Below are positions 47,646 through 57,415 of a stretch of DNA of 64,000 nucleotides, piece after piece. Source of the stretch: a virus; IMG/VR virus record IMGVR_UViG_3300013119_001061, one strand, 5' to 3'. The position numbers were made by a program, and so were the translations under genes. The stretch's first letter is position 1. Each line of letters begins with the position of its first letter. The notes beneath the pieces are model-generated. The model was not told the DNA's origin and searched no databases. It worked only from the letters and a program-made list of their open reading frames with translations.

Positions 47646-48302
47646 ATGAATGAAAAAGAATTGCGAAAATTAATATCAGAACAATTTTCAGGAATGATTT
47701 TAGAACAAGCTGAAGAAGAGACACCAGAAGAATCTGAGGAGTCAGATAAAGATTCAGCTTTAGATTCTATAGATGATCAAATTGATGAACTTTTTTTACA
47801 GTATGAAAAGCTCTCTCTTCCTAACGAAGAAGAGGCAATTCAAGAAATAGTTCAAAAATGCTCTCTTAGATTTATTCTAGAACAATCAGATGAAGATAAA
47901 ACTGAAGAAGACAATGTTGAAGAGGAAGAATCTGAAGAAGATATAAAGGCAGATACTGAAGAAGCAGCTGAAGAAGCTGACGAGGTAGAAGAAGATGAAA
48001 TTTCTGATGAAAACGAAGAAGAGATTCCGGAAATTGATATTACTACTTTTGCACTTAAGGTTGCACGCTTAGCTGAGTTACCTGAAAAAGTTTTGGACTT
48101 AAAGGCAGCTATTATCAATAGAGCTGTACAATATCTTGAAACAAACTATAATAAAAATGTTGCTGAAGATTTTGAAAGTGCGCTCATGGATAAGTTCCAA
48201 CTCTCAGTCCCAGAAGCAGAAATTGAAAAAGTTATTGATGCTGATCTTCCTGCGCCTCCTGCAGTTGGTGCAGGATCCGGCGGAGGTGGCGCAGGAGGTT
48301 GA
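47646..48302 (+). CDS. Highly acidic putative head/scaffold protein
   Basis: EKELRKLISEQ leader, repeated ILEQ, E/D tracts. Confidence 0.55.
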   Translation: MNEKELRKLISEQFSGMILEQAEEETPEESEESDKDSALDSIDDQIDELFLQYEKLSLPNEEEAIQEIVQKCSLRFILEQSDEDKTEEDNVEEEESEEDIKADTEEAAEEADEVEEDEISDENEEEIPEIDITTFALKVARLAELPEKVLDLKAAIINRAVQYLETNYNKNVAEDFESALMDKFQLSVPEAEIEKVIDADLPAPPAVGAGSGGGGAGG

Positions 48303-48584
48303 GTGAGCAAATATCAAGATTTTGATCGTCGAAAATCTATTCACATAAAACTCTTTGCAGATACACATGCAAAGTTTAGGATAGAGCTGATGAAAAAAAA
48401 GCTGAGTATGCAAGAAGTAATCGAAGCTTTTGCGCAAAGAGTTGTTGCTGAAGATGGATTTGCATTACGAATGCTAGATACGATTGCAAGAAAGAAAAGA
48501 GACAAAGAAATAGAAAGATTATCATCAACAGATGTTGAGTCTCTTTTTGATGTAATTGAAGATAATCAAAGAATTGATGACTAG
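48303..48584 (+). CDS. Ribbon-helix-helix-like DNA-binding protein
   Basis: KSIHIKL..HAKFR..LSMQEVI pattern. Confidence 0.5.
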   Translation: MSKYQDFDRRKSIHIKLFADTHAKFRIELMKKKLSMQEVIEAFAQRVVAEDGFALRMLDTIARKKRDKEIERLSSTDVESLFDVIEDNQRIDD

Positions 48585-48804
48585 AATGTTTAGAAAAACA
48601 AAAAAAATTAAAGAGCTTGAAAAAAGAATAAATGAATTAGAAAATCTTTGCATGCAACTTTCTACCAATTCATTAATGCTTACTAAGGAATTTGGACTTA
48701 TGGCAGAAGCAATTAAAATCTTGCTAGAAAAACAGCAACTAATAGATGCGATAATAGATTCTAGATACAATGTTGTTAGAATTGATGATGATACTATCAA
48801 TTAG
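48556..48804 (+). CDS. Coiled-coil hypothetical protein
   Basis: IKELEKRINELE. Confidence 0.5.
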   Translation: MKIIKELMTRMFRKTKKIKELEKRINELENLCMQLSTNSLMLTKEFGLMAEAIKILLEKQQLIDAIIDSRYNVVRIDDDTIN

Positions 48805-48816
48805 CGGAGAAACAAA

Positions 48817-49008
48817 ATGGCAAAAGCATTCATAGATAAATATCTCAATAAGTTTGTATCACGTAAGTTCACTGTATGGTTGACAGCAACAGGACTTCTA
48901 GCTTTTGACAAAGTAGACGGGGATCATTGGGTATATGTTTCAATGATTTACATCGGCACCCAAGCAGTGATAGATGCATTCATTAGATGGAAGGGTAGTA
49001 ACCAGTGA
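48817..49008 (+). CDS. Small 2-TM holin-like protein
   Basis: SRKFTVWL..., YIGTQAVID; two hydrophobic helices. Confidence 0.5.
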   Translation: MAKAFIDKYLNKFVSRKFTVWLTATGLLAFDKVDGDHWVYVSMIYIGTQAVIDAFIRWKGSNQ

Positions 49009-49409
49009 TATTATTCTTTAAAAAACTCTGGGAGCTAATTAAGAGATCCTGGCAGTTCATTGTAGGCTTTCTAATAGCAGTCATTGCAATTATCATAACT
49101 GCCGGCAAAAAAGACGAAGGATTTAAGGTTCTTAAGCGACTTCGGAAAGATGAAAAGACTCTCGATGAAAAGGTCAACGATATCCTCGAAGGAGTCGATG
49201 AAAGAAATAAGAGAATCGATGCTGAGACAAAAAAGAGGGTAGCTGAGATTGAAGACAAGCTAAAAGAAAAGAACGAAGAGCTTGAACAATCTAAGCGAGA
49301 TGAGATAGAAAAGATAGTACGTGAGACAGACGGTAATCCATCTGAGCTAGCAAAAAGATTGAGTGAGCTCACAGGTTTATCAGTTTCATCTAATAACGTA
49401 GAATTATAA
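49005..49409 (+). CDS. N-terminal TM + coiled-coil protein (i-spanin-like)
   Basis: WQFIVGFLIAVIAIIITAG then a long charged helix. Confidence 0.45.
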   Translation: MILFFKKLWELIKRSWQFIVGFLIAVIAIIITAGKKDEGFKVLKRLRKDEKTLDEKVNDILEGVDERNKRIDAETKKRVAEIEDKLKEKNEELEQSKRDEIEKIVRETDGNPSELAKRLSELTGLSVSSNNVEL

Positions 49410-49425
49410 ATACGGAGATTACATT

Positions 49426-50448
49426 ATGAGTGAGTTTGATTTTATTGATGCATATGAAGAGCCGCAAGCAAACCTTGAGACACTTGCAGCAAATGTTGCA
49501 GAGTCAGCTATTAACTGTGCGTTCGTCGGCGTAGGCGGCGGAGGATGCAAGATTGCAAAGTCATTCTTAGATCTTGGCTTCACAAAGACAGTTCTTCTCA
49601 ATACGACGACTAAAGACTTCCAGACGGGCGTTGATCCAGATCACATGGTCGTTCTTCCTGGGTCTGATGGGCTAGCAAAGAATATTGAGCTTGGACGAAA
49701 GGTTCTGTCAGAGAACAGTGCATTTGTTGAGGATGCATTAAGGACTAAACTAGGCAAGGTTGACTGGTTGTTTGTTTGCGCCGGCGCCGGCGGAGGAACA
49801 GGATCATCTGCATACACACTTGATCCGGTATTCAAGAGATTCCTTGAGACAGGAGAGGCGACAGGCAAGGTAGTCTATATCGTATCACAGCCATCAGCGC
49901 AAGAGAAACTGAATGCAACAATTAAGGCAAATGCAAAATCATTACATGCTGATGTAAAGAATGACCCACATATAATCATTGATAATGAGAAGCAATTAAA
50001 TGCATTTAGAGGAAAGGTCGGAGTATTGGGCTTATATCCTGCTGCTAACAAAGCATTTTCAAAGATGTTTTGGCAGCTGCTCAAGCTAGCTAGTGAACCA
50101 TCACCCGTCCAAGTATTTGATGGCAAGGATCTAGAGCGATTCCTCGCAGCCCCTGGTCGAATGATTGTAGGTTCTGCAATTTGTGCGCCCGGCCCAAACC
50201 TAGGTGTGCAACTCTATCAGTCATGTATTAATAACTCTCCTTGCCCTACTCCTTCTGGGCATGCTGAGACAGGTGTTCTTCTCCAGGTAATTACTGAGGA
50301 TCATGCAAACGATGCAAGCATAAGCGGCCACCTAGAGGCATCAGCTGCATATGTTGGCGGAAGAACTAACACACTATTTACTGGGATTTATGTTCGAGAT
50401 GCTCTCCCAGGTTTGGTGACAGTCTTGGCTTTGGGTGGTCTTAAGTGA
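49426..50448 (+). CDS. Tubulin/FtsZ-family GTPase (PhuZ/TubZ/CetZ-like)
   Basis: GVGGGGCKI, GAGGGTGS signature, IIDNE, FDGKDL T7-like loop. Confidence 0.88.
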   Translation: MSEFDFIDAYEEPQANLETLAANVAESAINCAFVGVGGGGCKIAKSFLDLGFTKTVLLNTTTKDFQTGVDPDHMVVLPGSDGLAKNIELGRKVLSENSAFVEDALRTKLGKVDWLFVCAGAGGGTGSSAYTLDPVFKRFLETGEATGKVVYIVSQPSAQEKLNATIKANAKSLHADVKNDPHIIIDNEKQLNAFRGKVGVLGLYPAANKAFSKMFWQLLKLASEPSPVQVFDGKDLERFLAAPGRMIVGSAICAPGPNLGVQLYQSCINNSPCPTPSGHAETGVLLQVITEDHANDASISGHLEASAAYVGGRTNTLFTGIYVRDALPGLVTVLALGGLK

Positions 50449-50876
50449 GACTACTTTTAGTCGCCATTCTTTTAGTGGCACCCCATGCATCATATGCAGA
50501 TTGTGCTGACCTGACGCCAAGAACACAAGGTCAACCTGCACCGTGTGATGGTGTGCACGTAAAGTCGTCAGCAGTTGCAAAGCTTATAGTAGACAAAGAA
50601 GTTGCTGCGCAGCAATGCCAAAACAGGGTAGATGCGCAAAAACAAACTAGCGAAACTATATGTGCGAGCAATCTTACAAAAAAAGACAATGAAATAACAG
50701 ACCTCAAAGATATCCACAAGATAAAAGTAGATATCAAAGATTCACAAATCGATTTTTTGGTCGAAAGACTAGACAAGACCAATAACCCAAAATCAAGCTG
50801 GTGGTTCTCAGGAGGTGTATTGTCAGGAATTGCTTTGACAATGGCATCTGCATGGGCATTAAATCAGATAAAATAG
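50445..50876 (+). CDS. Exported coiled-coil protein with C-terminal TM (spanin-like)
   Basis: Signal peptide, QPAPCDGV, coiled coil, WWFSGGVLSGIALTMA. Confidence 0.45.
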   Translation: MRLLLVAILLVAPHASYADCADLTPRTQGQPAPCDGVHVKSSAVAKLIVDKEVAAQQCQNRVDAQKQTSETICASNLTKKDNEITDLKDIHKIKVDIKDSQIDFLVERLDKTNNPKSSWWFSGGVLSGIALTMASAWALNQIK

Positions 50877-50924
50877 CAATGCTAGTCCATATTTATTTTG
50901 ACTTATCGTCCTTGGAGTAAATTA

Positions 50925-52832
50925 ATGGCTGTCAAGATTACTGAAAAAGCTTTACGAGATTTTGTAAAGACGCTGCTTTTAGAAGCACAAAATGAAAAAG
51001 AAGCTGAAGAAAAACTAGCTTTAGACCCTGCCCTTGTTGCAGAAGTTCCTTTAGATCAACCAGATACACCACTTGAGGCAGATCCGGTAGTTTTTGATCA
51101 TACACTCGGCCCACCTGTAGCTGATCCAAGCTATGTTCCAGAAGATTCTGATGCATTAAAAATCTCAATAGAAAAAATGCTAGATGATGTACCTGAAAAA
51201 TCAGTTGGTACTGCATATAAAATTGTAAAGAAAACATTAGACAATATGCATAATGTAATTCGACAAAAAGCAGAAATTACTCCTGATAATGTATTTTCAC
51301 TACATGAGGCTACTGCGGCAGAAAAACTACTCTATCTAATATCAGAAGGATTCTACGACAACGTTGGTTCAATGCACGGCGCCGACGGATCAATGAGAAA
51401 AGATGTTGCAAAGGCTGCATCATATGATGGCGGGTATGGTGAAGTAGATAGAGATGAAGACGAAGAAGATCTCGGTACTCAAGGAGGCATAAGAAAATCG
51501 TCAACTGATTCATTGTCCTCTGTCGGAAAATCTGGTAATTTAGCTTCAAATATTACAATGGCAGATATTCGAAAGAATGTTGAAAGAATTAAAGCAGATG
51601 CTGTAGCCGCCGGAAAAGCTAGATCCGCTCCCGCGCAAAGTGTTATTTTCGATGGTCTCGCAAAAAGAATTCAAATTGCCAAAGAATTATTCCCTGGAAA
51701 GGCAGATGATATTGATCTTGCAATCGCCCAGGGAGATGATCTAGATACAGAGCTTACATTTAATGAGCTTGAGCAAGTTCACAATATATACATGACATCT
51801 CCTGAGTCTATAGCAATTGATGCATTCTACAAGAAACCTGCAAAGCCCAGCGAGGAAAATCTTCAAGCTTTGCTGGCAAGAGAAAAAGCAATAACAGGTC
51901 GTGTAAAAGATACACTATCATCAATTGAACAAGATATGATCAAAGATAATGACGGAGAACCTGTAGAATCACAAAATGTTTGGCACAAATACCAACAGTC
52001 AGAAGACGGCCGAGAACTAAAAAGAATTGCTACCAAGCTTCATCATCACAAAAAGCGCTCTAGAGATATCGATGCAATGCCTGGAACGTTTATTCCACCG
52101 TCAGCACAAACTGACGCCTCTTTAGCAGCACAAACTGCAGACTTGTTCGATATTGAAAAAGCAATGGGAACATCAGTTTTCAGAAATGTCAAAGACGAAG
52201 GATTTATGAAGCTAATGTTCGGCCTGTCTATTGGCCCGGATGCATTTGAAGAAAAATATGTTGAATTCGTAATAGCACCCCCGGAAGATGCTAAAAAGAT
52301 AAAATCTTTTCTTAGAAAACATACAGATGTTGATGAAATAATGGCAAATCCAGAAGAGGGCGGAGTTGAAAAAGTACTAGGACAGCTAAAAGATAAGCCT
52401 TCGAGTGAGGGAAAAGACAGCTTGCTTGATCAATATTTAGAGCTAGTCTTGCGCTATCTTGCATCTGATATGGAATTCCCTGGTGCCAAGTCATCAAAAT
52501 TCCACTTCAATAAGCAGAATGGCATCGAAGCACTATCAAAAGCTGTTGAAGGTCTAATTAGGCGCAAGGACAAAGGCAGTTATATGCATCTTAAGAAAAT
52601 ACTTGAAGATCCCATGAATGCAAAAGCAGTCAAAGGTCATCTTGGCAAAGACTGGAGAATGGAGCCGTTCCCAGAGAGCGAAGAAACAAAAGTATCATCT
52701 GAGATTGAAGTCGAGCCTGAAGAGGCTAAGCCGAAAATCGTACGCAAGGGCAAAACATTCAGAAGAGCAGCAAAGAACGAAAACACAATCAATCTTGATA
52801 AGCTACTAAGAGATGTATTAGGAAACTCATGA
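50925..52832 (+). CDS. Large putative virion/head protein with leader
   Basis: KITEKALRDFVKTLLLE; ATATTTA at 50889. Confidence 0.55.
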   Translation: MAVKITEKALRDFVKTLLLEAQNEKEAEEKLALDPALVAEVPLDQPDTPLEADPVVFDHTLGPPVADPSYVPEDSDALKISIEKMLDDVPEKSVGTAYKIVKKTLDNMHNVIRQKAEITPDNVFSLHEATAAEKLLYLISEGFYDNVGSMHGADGSMRKDVAKAASYDGGYGEVDRDEDEEDLGTQGGIRKSSTDSLSSVGKSGNLASNITMADIRKNVERIKADAVAAGKARSAPAQSVIFDGLAKRIQIAKELFPGKADDIDLAIAQGDDLDTELTFNELEQVHNIYMTSPESIAIDAFYKKPAKPSEENLQALLAREKAITGRVKDTLSSIEQDMIKDNDGEPVESQNVWHKYQQSEDGRELKRIATKLHHHKKRSRDIDAMPGTFIPPSAQTDASLAAQTADLFDIEKAMGTSVFRNVKDEGFMKLMFGLSIGPDAFEEKYVEFVIAPPEDAKKIKSFLRKHTDVDEIMANPEEGGVEKVLGQLKDKPSSEGKDSLLDQYLELVLRYLASDMEFPGAKSSKFHFNKQNGIEALSKAVEGLIRRKDKGSYMHLKKILEDPMNAKAVKGHLGKDWRMEPFPESEETKVSSEIEVEPEEAKPKIVRKGKTFRRAAKNENTINLDKLLRDVLGNS

Positions 52833-53224
52833 GTAAAGATTTTTTTAAAAATCTAAGCAAAGATCTCCAGAAAAGTCATCTGGTAAAAAAGCCCTATACT
52901 TCTCGATTGTTAAGAGAAGTCTGTGTTAGTAAAAAATCAGCTGTGACAAAAGAATCCAATGAGTGGGAAATCTTAGAAAGCCCAAGAAGACTATCAAAGA
53001 TCTATAGCTTTAATAAAAGTACTCATGTAAAAGAGTTTATAAGCGAGATGATTGACTATCATTCTCGATATAAGCATGAAGGGGATATTCAAATTAATCA
53101 AAATAAAGTTTTGGTTGAAGTTCATACAAAAGATTTAAACAATTTAACAGAACTAGACTATGAATATTCTAGAATGGCAGATTTGATTTACAAAGATATC
53201 GGACACTATAATGATGAACTCTAA
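52829..53224 (+). CDS. Pterin-4a-carbinolamine dehydratase (PCD/PhhB)-like protein
   Basis: W..L...YSF..F......KHEGDI..V.V..HTKD...LTELD pattern. Confidence 0.65.
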   Translation: MSKDFFKNLSKDLQKSHLVKKPYTSRLLREVCVSKKSAVTKESNEWEILESPRRLSKIYSFNKSTHVKEFISEMIDYHSRYKHEGDIQINQNKVLVEVHTKDLNNLTELDYEYSRMADLIYKDIGHYNDEL

Positions 53225-53582
53225 TGAAGAAAGATTTTTTGCATCAGAAAGTCTTGCAGGTATATTGTCACCCAATCTTTTAGAAGAACCAAAGACTCCC
53301 ACAGGAAACTTTTCTTTAATAGTAAAAGACGAAAATTATAGTTTACAAACATACTCTGAAAACGGATCAAATATTTCAATAACTTTTGTATGTAATGATA
53401 ACATGCTATTCAATATTCTTGCGCTTGATAACAAAGAAATAAGTTTGCAATGTGGCGACAATAAATTATCTAGAGATTTAGCAGGATACGAAACAAGCTG
53501 GAATATAATTAAAGTAGATAATGAAACTTATGAAGTAAGTTTAGCATTCACAAAAAATCAGACGGGTTTAATAAATGGCTAA
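53211..53582 (+). CDS. Hypothetical protein
   Basis: Coupled ORF. Confidence 0.55.
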   Translation: MMNSNEERFFASESLAGILSPNLLEEPKTPTGNFSLIVKDENYSLQTYSENGSNISITFVCNDNMLFNILALDNKEISLQCGDNKLSRDLAGYETSWNIIKVDNETYEVSLAFTKNQTGLING

Positions 53583-53796
53583 TAAAAATTCAAAAACTAA
53601 AACAGGCATTAAGAAGAAAAATGACGAGACGGCCTCGAGTCCGTTTGATAAATTTATCGACGACCAGATTAAAAGAGAACAAAAAAATACCCAACGACAT
53701 GAATCAATTGCTGATAAGGGAGAAACACCACAGCAAAGATTTAATAAGCGTTATCGTGAGACAGCAGCAAACAGAACTGTCTGGAGTAAAAAATGA
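53575..53796 (+). CDS. Basic hypothetical protein
   Basis: Coupled ORF. Confidence 0.5.
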   Translation: MANKNSKTKTGIKKKNDETASSPFDKFIDDQIKREQKNTQRHESIADKGETPQQRFNKRYRETAANRTVWSKK

Positions 53797-54413
53797 GAAA
53801 AACAATTACTACAAGCAAGCAACTAAAAGACTTTCTTTCAAATATCATTAGCAACAGTATTGTAATTGCAAAAGATGAATTAGATAAAATAAATGAAAAC
53901 TCATTTACCAGCCTTTTAGAGCAAGAATCAGCAGGACCTGAGGAAGAGCCAGAAGAGACTGAAGAAGTCGAGGAAGAGGTTGAGGAAGAGGCTGAGGAAG
54001 AAAAAAATCCGATGAAAAGAAAGCCAAAGGCTGACCTCGACAGACCAAAAGCAGGATCAGAGGTTCGACTCACGCACATTTTGTCAGCTGTTAATCAAAT
54101 TAGAAGTGGCCGATCTTTAAAAGACCCAGATGTAAGAGAAGAACTTAAAGTATACTTTGACGGTCTAGATAACCCAGAAAGAATTGCTCTATCTGAGTTT
54201 TTAGACGGCCTAACAGACGTTATTGTAAAAGGCGTGCCAGGAGACGAGGCAGAAGTGCCAAGTGAAGAAGTAAAAATGAAAGAACCTGAATCTTCAAAGG
54301 AAGATAAAGACAATAAAATTGACGACGCATCCAAGAGTGAAAAACCCAAAGATGAAGAAAAGTCAGCTGCCCCGGCAGAAGACCTAACCCCACCCATTCA
54401 AGTACGGAGATAA
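53793..54413 (+). CDS. Acidic putative head protein
   Basis: KQLKDFLSNII leader, LLEQE, IRSGRSLKD core. Confidence 0.55.
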   Translation: MRKTITTSKQLKDFLSNIISNSIVIAKDELDKINENSFTSLLEQESAGPEEEPEETEEVEEEVEEEAEEEKNPMKRKPKADLDRPKAGSEVRLTHILSAVNQIRSGRSLKDPDVREELKVYFDGLDNPERIALSEFLDGLTDVIVKGVPGDEAEVPSEEVKMKEPESSKEDKDNKIDDASKSEKPKDEEKSAAPAEDLTPPIQVRR

Positions 54414-54417
54414 TGAA

Positions 54418-54615
54418 TTGCAAATTACAACAATCGAATTAGGCGACGGAAACGTTTTAGAAGTCCAGCACACCCCGGGATTTATCCGCGAGGTATCAAA
54501 GTGGTCTGGGACATCTGCTGAAGAAGTTCAGCCTAATGATATTAAAGCATTCATTAGATCGTCATTTAAAATTGCCTTAGACACCGGCACACTGGAAAAA
54601 ATAGAAGCAGTTTAA
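54418..54615 (+). CDS. Hypothetical protein
   Basis: GGAG RBS, TTG start. Confidence 0.5.
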   Translation: MQITTIELGDGNVLEVQHTPGFIREVSKWSGTSAEEVQPNDIKAFIRSSFKIALDTGTLEKIEAV

Positions 54616-54616
54616 T

Positions 54617-54904
54617 ATGGGCAAAGATCTACTCAGAGACATAATTCGAGAGGAGCTTAACTCTCTAGTTGAAGCCAAGATGCCCACCACAAGAGAGGGT
54701 AGTAAGGTTGTGTACGCCTCTGAGGATCATATCATGTCCCTTGAAGAAGATCTCCGGGAGCTTGTTTCAATTCGCGACCGTTCAACACGACGATCTACTG
54801 GTCGCTGGGCGTTGTCACGCGCCGTTGAAAGAGTTCGCACCGAGCTCAAAAGAGCAAAAAGGATCAAGGCAAAACAGGATCTATTGCTAGCCCAAGAAGA
54901 CTAA
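54617..54904 (+). CDS. Hypothetical protein with leader
   Basis: LLRDIIREELNSLVE. Confidence 0.55.
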   Translation: MGKDLLRDIIREELNSLVEAKMPTTREGSKVVYASEDHIMSLEEDLRELVSIRDRSTRRSTGRWALSRAVERVRTELKRAKRIKAKQDLLLAQED

Positions 54905-54973
54905 AAATTATTTACAATCGTGTGTAAACTCCCTATAGATAGTGTATTATATCTATGTTAAGGAGGTTCCCAT

Positions 54974-55318
54974 ATGACAAATAATAACTGGGTCCCAGAG
55001 ATCATGTACGAGGAAGGTTCCGAAGGAGCCAGCAATATCCCGTTTATTCAAGTTCCCGAGGACGAGGAGATGCCAAAGCTTCTCTTTATGTTCGAGAGCA
55101 GGAATACCGGTGAGCTCGAGCCGGGCCCTGAAGGTGAAGAGATGCCTGTTTTTGAATGGGATCTACACCAATATGCAGATATGGCAATTCTTAAGGAGGC
55201 ACTCCGACCAGAGTTGTTTGATGAAGTTCGTGTATCTCTAGGGTTGCAGCCGATGGCCGAGGCAGTTGAAGCTGGCCAAAAGATTTCCCAAAACGTTCGA
55301 ACCACGCTGGAAGATTAA
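54974..55318 (+). CDS. Acidic hypothetical protein
   Basis: AAGGAGG RBS; promoter GTGTAA-N17-TATTAT at 54922. Confidence 0.65.
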   Translation: MTNNNWVPEIMYEEGSEGASNIPFIQVPEDEEMPKLLFMFESRNTGELEPGPEGEEMPVFEWDLHQYADMAILKEALRPELFDEVRVSLGLQPMAEAVEAGQKISQNVRTTLED

Positions 55319-56139
55319 TGGAATATATCACTAAAGATGATATTCAATCTACACTTGTCAATATGCAAGAGTTTTATCAAGAGCTTAAAAATGTTTTTTT
55401 AAAAAGCAGAATGAACATTGAAGACAACCTCGGTCGAAGAAACATTCTTATGTCAATGGTTCAAGAAGAGTTTCTTGCTCGAACTCTTGATAAGCGCTAT
55501 AATAAAGTTACTGCTGATGGCGCTCCCGGAAAAGCGGACATTGTAATCGAGGATCTAGATAAAGAGATCGAATGCAAGCTTACAACAATTACAAAGTCAG
55601 GTTCAATCAGTTTGCAGTCAGACTATGCTACACTTAAGCAAAAGGGATCGCTTGACTATATCTACTTTATTGCATCACCTGATTTTGAAAGCTTCTCTGT
55701 AATCTATTTTGACGGGCTAACAGTTGATGACTTTAGAAGTCTCTCTCCTGGCGCCAGAGGAAAAGTTGCCATGAAAAAGCATGAAGGCATGAAGAAGGCA
55801 AAGATTCTATTTGGAAATGTTAAAAATAATAATGAGTCTGAAATTGAAAAGATTGATTCTCTTTTTGATGATGAAGCAAATCGACACAGAAAAAACATGA
55901 AAAGAATCAATGAGCTTAAGTGCAATCTATCATCACGTCTTGAGTCAAAAACAAACACTGGAGGAAGAGAGATTTCTGAGAAGGTTATTAGATCAACTGA
56001 GGCCAATCTAAAGAAAATTTTTGATCGCCAAGAAAGAGAAGTGGAAAGACATAGAAAGAAGATTTCTGTGCTAATGAATCGCAAATCTTATTGGTTGAGT
56101 CATCCAGGAAAATATTCTTTTCTGTTAGAAAAAGTATAA
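55318..56139 (+). CDS. Restriction-endonuclease-like PD-(D/E)xK protein with coiled-coil tail
   Basis: ADIVI..EIECKLT. Confidence 0.55.
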   Translation: MEYITKDDIQSTLVNMQEFYQELKNVFLKSRMNIEDNLGRRNILMSMVQEEFLARTLDKRYNKVTADGAPGKADIVIEDLDKEIECKLTTITKSGSISLQSDYATLKQKGSLDYIYFIASPDFESFSVIYFDGLTVDDFRSLSPGARGKVAMKKHEGMKKAKILFGNVKNNNESEIEKIDSLFDDEANRHRKNMKRINELKCNLSSRLESKTNTGGREISEKVIRSTEANLKKIFDRQEREVERHRKKISVLMNRKSYWLSHPGKYSFLLEKV

Positions 56140-56196
56140 CAATCTAATTCTACATAATAATTAGAATAGAGCGCCATTTTGCGCAAGGAGAAAATC

Positions 56197-56721
56197 ATGG
56201 ATTTTAATGCAAAACGTTTATCATTGTTAGCAGGAATCGGAAACCCTGAAGATCGTCACGATATCGTGCAAGAACAAGCTCAGCAGCTTAATGAGTCAAT
56301 TGAGGCTCGAAAAGTAGATGAGTCAGAGAGTGATGTTCGAATTGCAGTTCGTAGAACTATTCAAAAGATGATTGCTGAGGGCTCATTGTCGCCTAAGCAG
56401 CAAAAATCTTTAGATAGATTTGAGGATGCACTTCTTAAGGGAGCCGACGCAGAAGAAGATTCTGAAACAGGTGAGATTAAGATAAAGTTTGCTGCTGATG
56501 AAAAAGAAAAAGCCAATGAGTCTGATGATCCAGAAGAGCTTATTGATGCTGATCAAGAATTAGAAGCAGATGAAGAGGCCATCAAAGAAGTGGATGAATC
56601 TGACGACGAAGCTGTAATCAGTGAAATGGAAGATGGTTCGCTTACTTTAGAAATGGGTGGCAAGACATACTCACTTAAAGAAATTCTTGCAGAAGTCGAA
56701 GACGACGTAGAAGAGATTTAA
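56197..56721 (+). CDS. Acidic putative head protein
   Basis: RLSLLAGI, LNES, VRRTIQKMIAE; AAGGAG RBS. Confidence 0.55.
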   Translation: MDFNAKRLSLLAGIGNPEDRHDIVQEQAQQLNESIEARKVDESESDVRIAVRRTIQKMIAEGSLSPKQQKSLDRFEDALLKGADAEEDSETGEIKIKFAADEKEKANESDDPEELIDADQELEADEEAIKEVDESDDEAVISEMEDGSLTLEMGGKTYSLKEILAEVEDDVEEI

Positions 56722-56784
56722 TAGTTAGTTTTTTAGTAAACAATCTGTGTGCTTATAGTATTATATGCCTATGGAGATTTACTA

Positions 56785-56976
56785 ATGAAATTACACCCAA
56801 GTGCAGTTAAGCGTCTATTGAAAATGTATGATAATTTTGGCGGCTTTCGAGAAGAAACTAAGCTAAAGCAGGCTCTCGAGGCGCTAGATTTGTCATCATA
56901 TTTACAGCAAGCTCCCCCTAATGACGAGGTTTTAGTTTGCACAGATGAATTACAAGAGGCACTAAGGAACCTATAG
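56785..56976 (+). CDS. Hypothetical protein
   Basis: GGAG RBS before ATG of MKLHPS. Confidence 0.5.
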   Translation: MKLHPSAVKRLLKMYDNFGGFREETKLKQALEALDLSSYLQQAPPNDEVLVCTDELQEALRNL

Positions 56977-56977
56977 C

Positions 56978-57397
56978 ATGTCGTCATATGACGTCGGGCA
57001 AGTAGTCTATGTTGTATCTTATAAAAAGATGCAAGTTTTGCCCGTAGTAATATCAGAAGAAGTAATAAGAAATACGCTTGACGGAAAAAAAGTAACGTAT
57101 CTTATTAAGCGAGATCAAACTAGTAAAGTGTATAATCTTTCTGAGATTGATGGTAATATCTATAATAATATTGCTGAAGTAAAAAATGCATTAATAAAAA
57201 ATGCTACTCATGCAATTAACGAAATTTGCAATATTGCTAAAAAATCATCTGAAGCTTTTGTTATTCCGACCGATTTAAAGCCTAGCGCACCAAAAGAAAG
57301 TCAAAATAAATCTCTTAATATTCCTACTGATGACGATATTAAAAGTTTTGTTTTAGATAATGGAACACGTGTAAATGTGAATATGGGAGATATTTAG
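56978..57397 (+). CDS. Hypothetical protein
   Basis: YDVGQVVYV N-terminus. Confidence 0.6.
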   Translation: MSSYDVGQVVYVVSYKKMQVLPVVISEEVIRNTLDGKKVTYLIKRDQTSKVYNLSEIDGNIYNNIAEVKNALIKNATHAINEICNIAKKSSEAFVIPTDLKPSAPKESQNKSLNIPTDDDIKSFVLDNGTRVNVNMGDI

Positions 57398-57415
57398 TTT
57401 CAAAAGGAGAATCTT

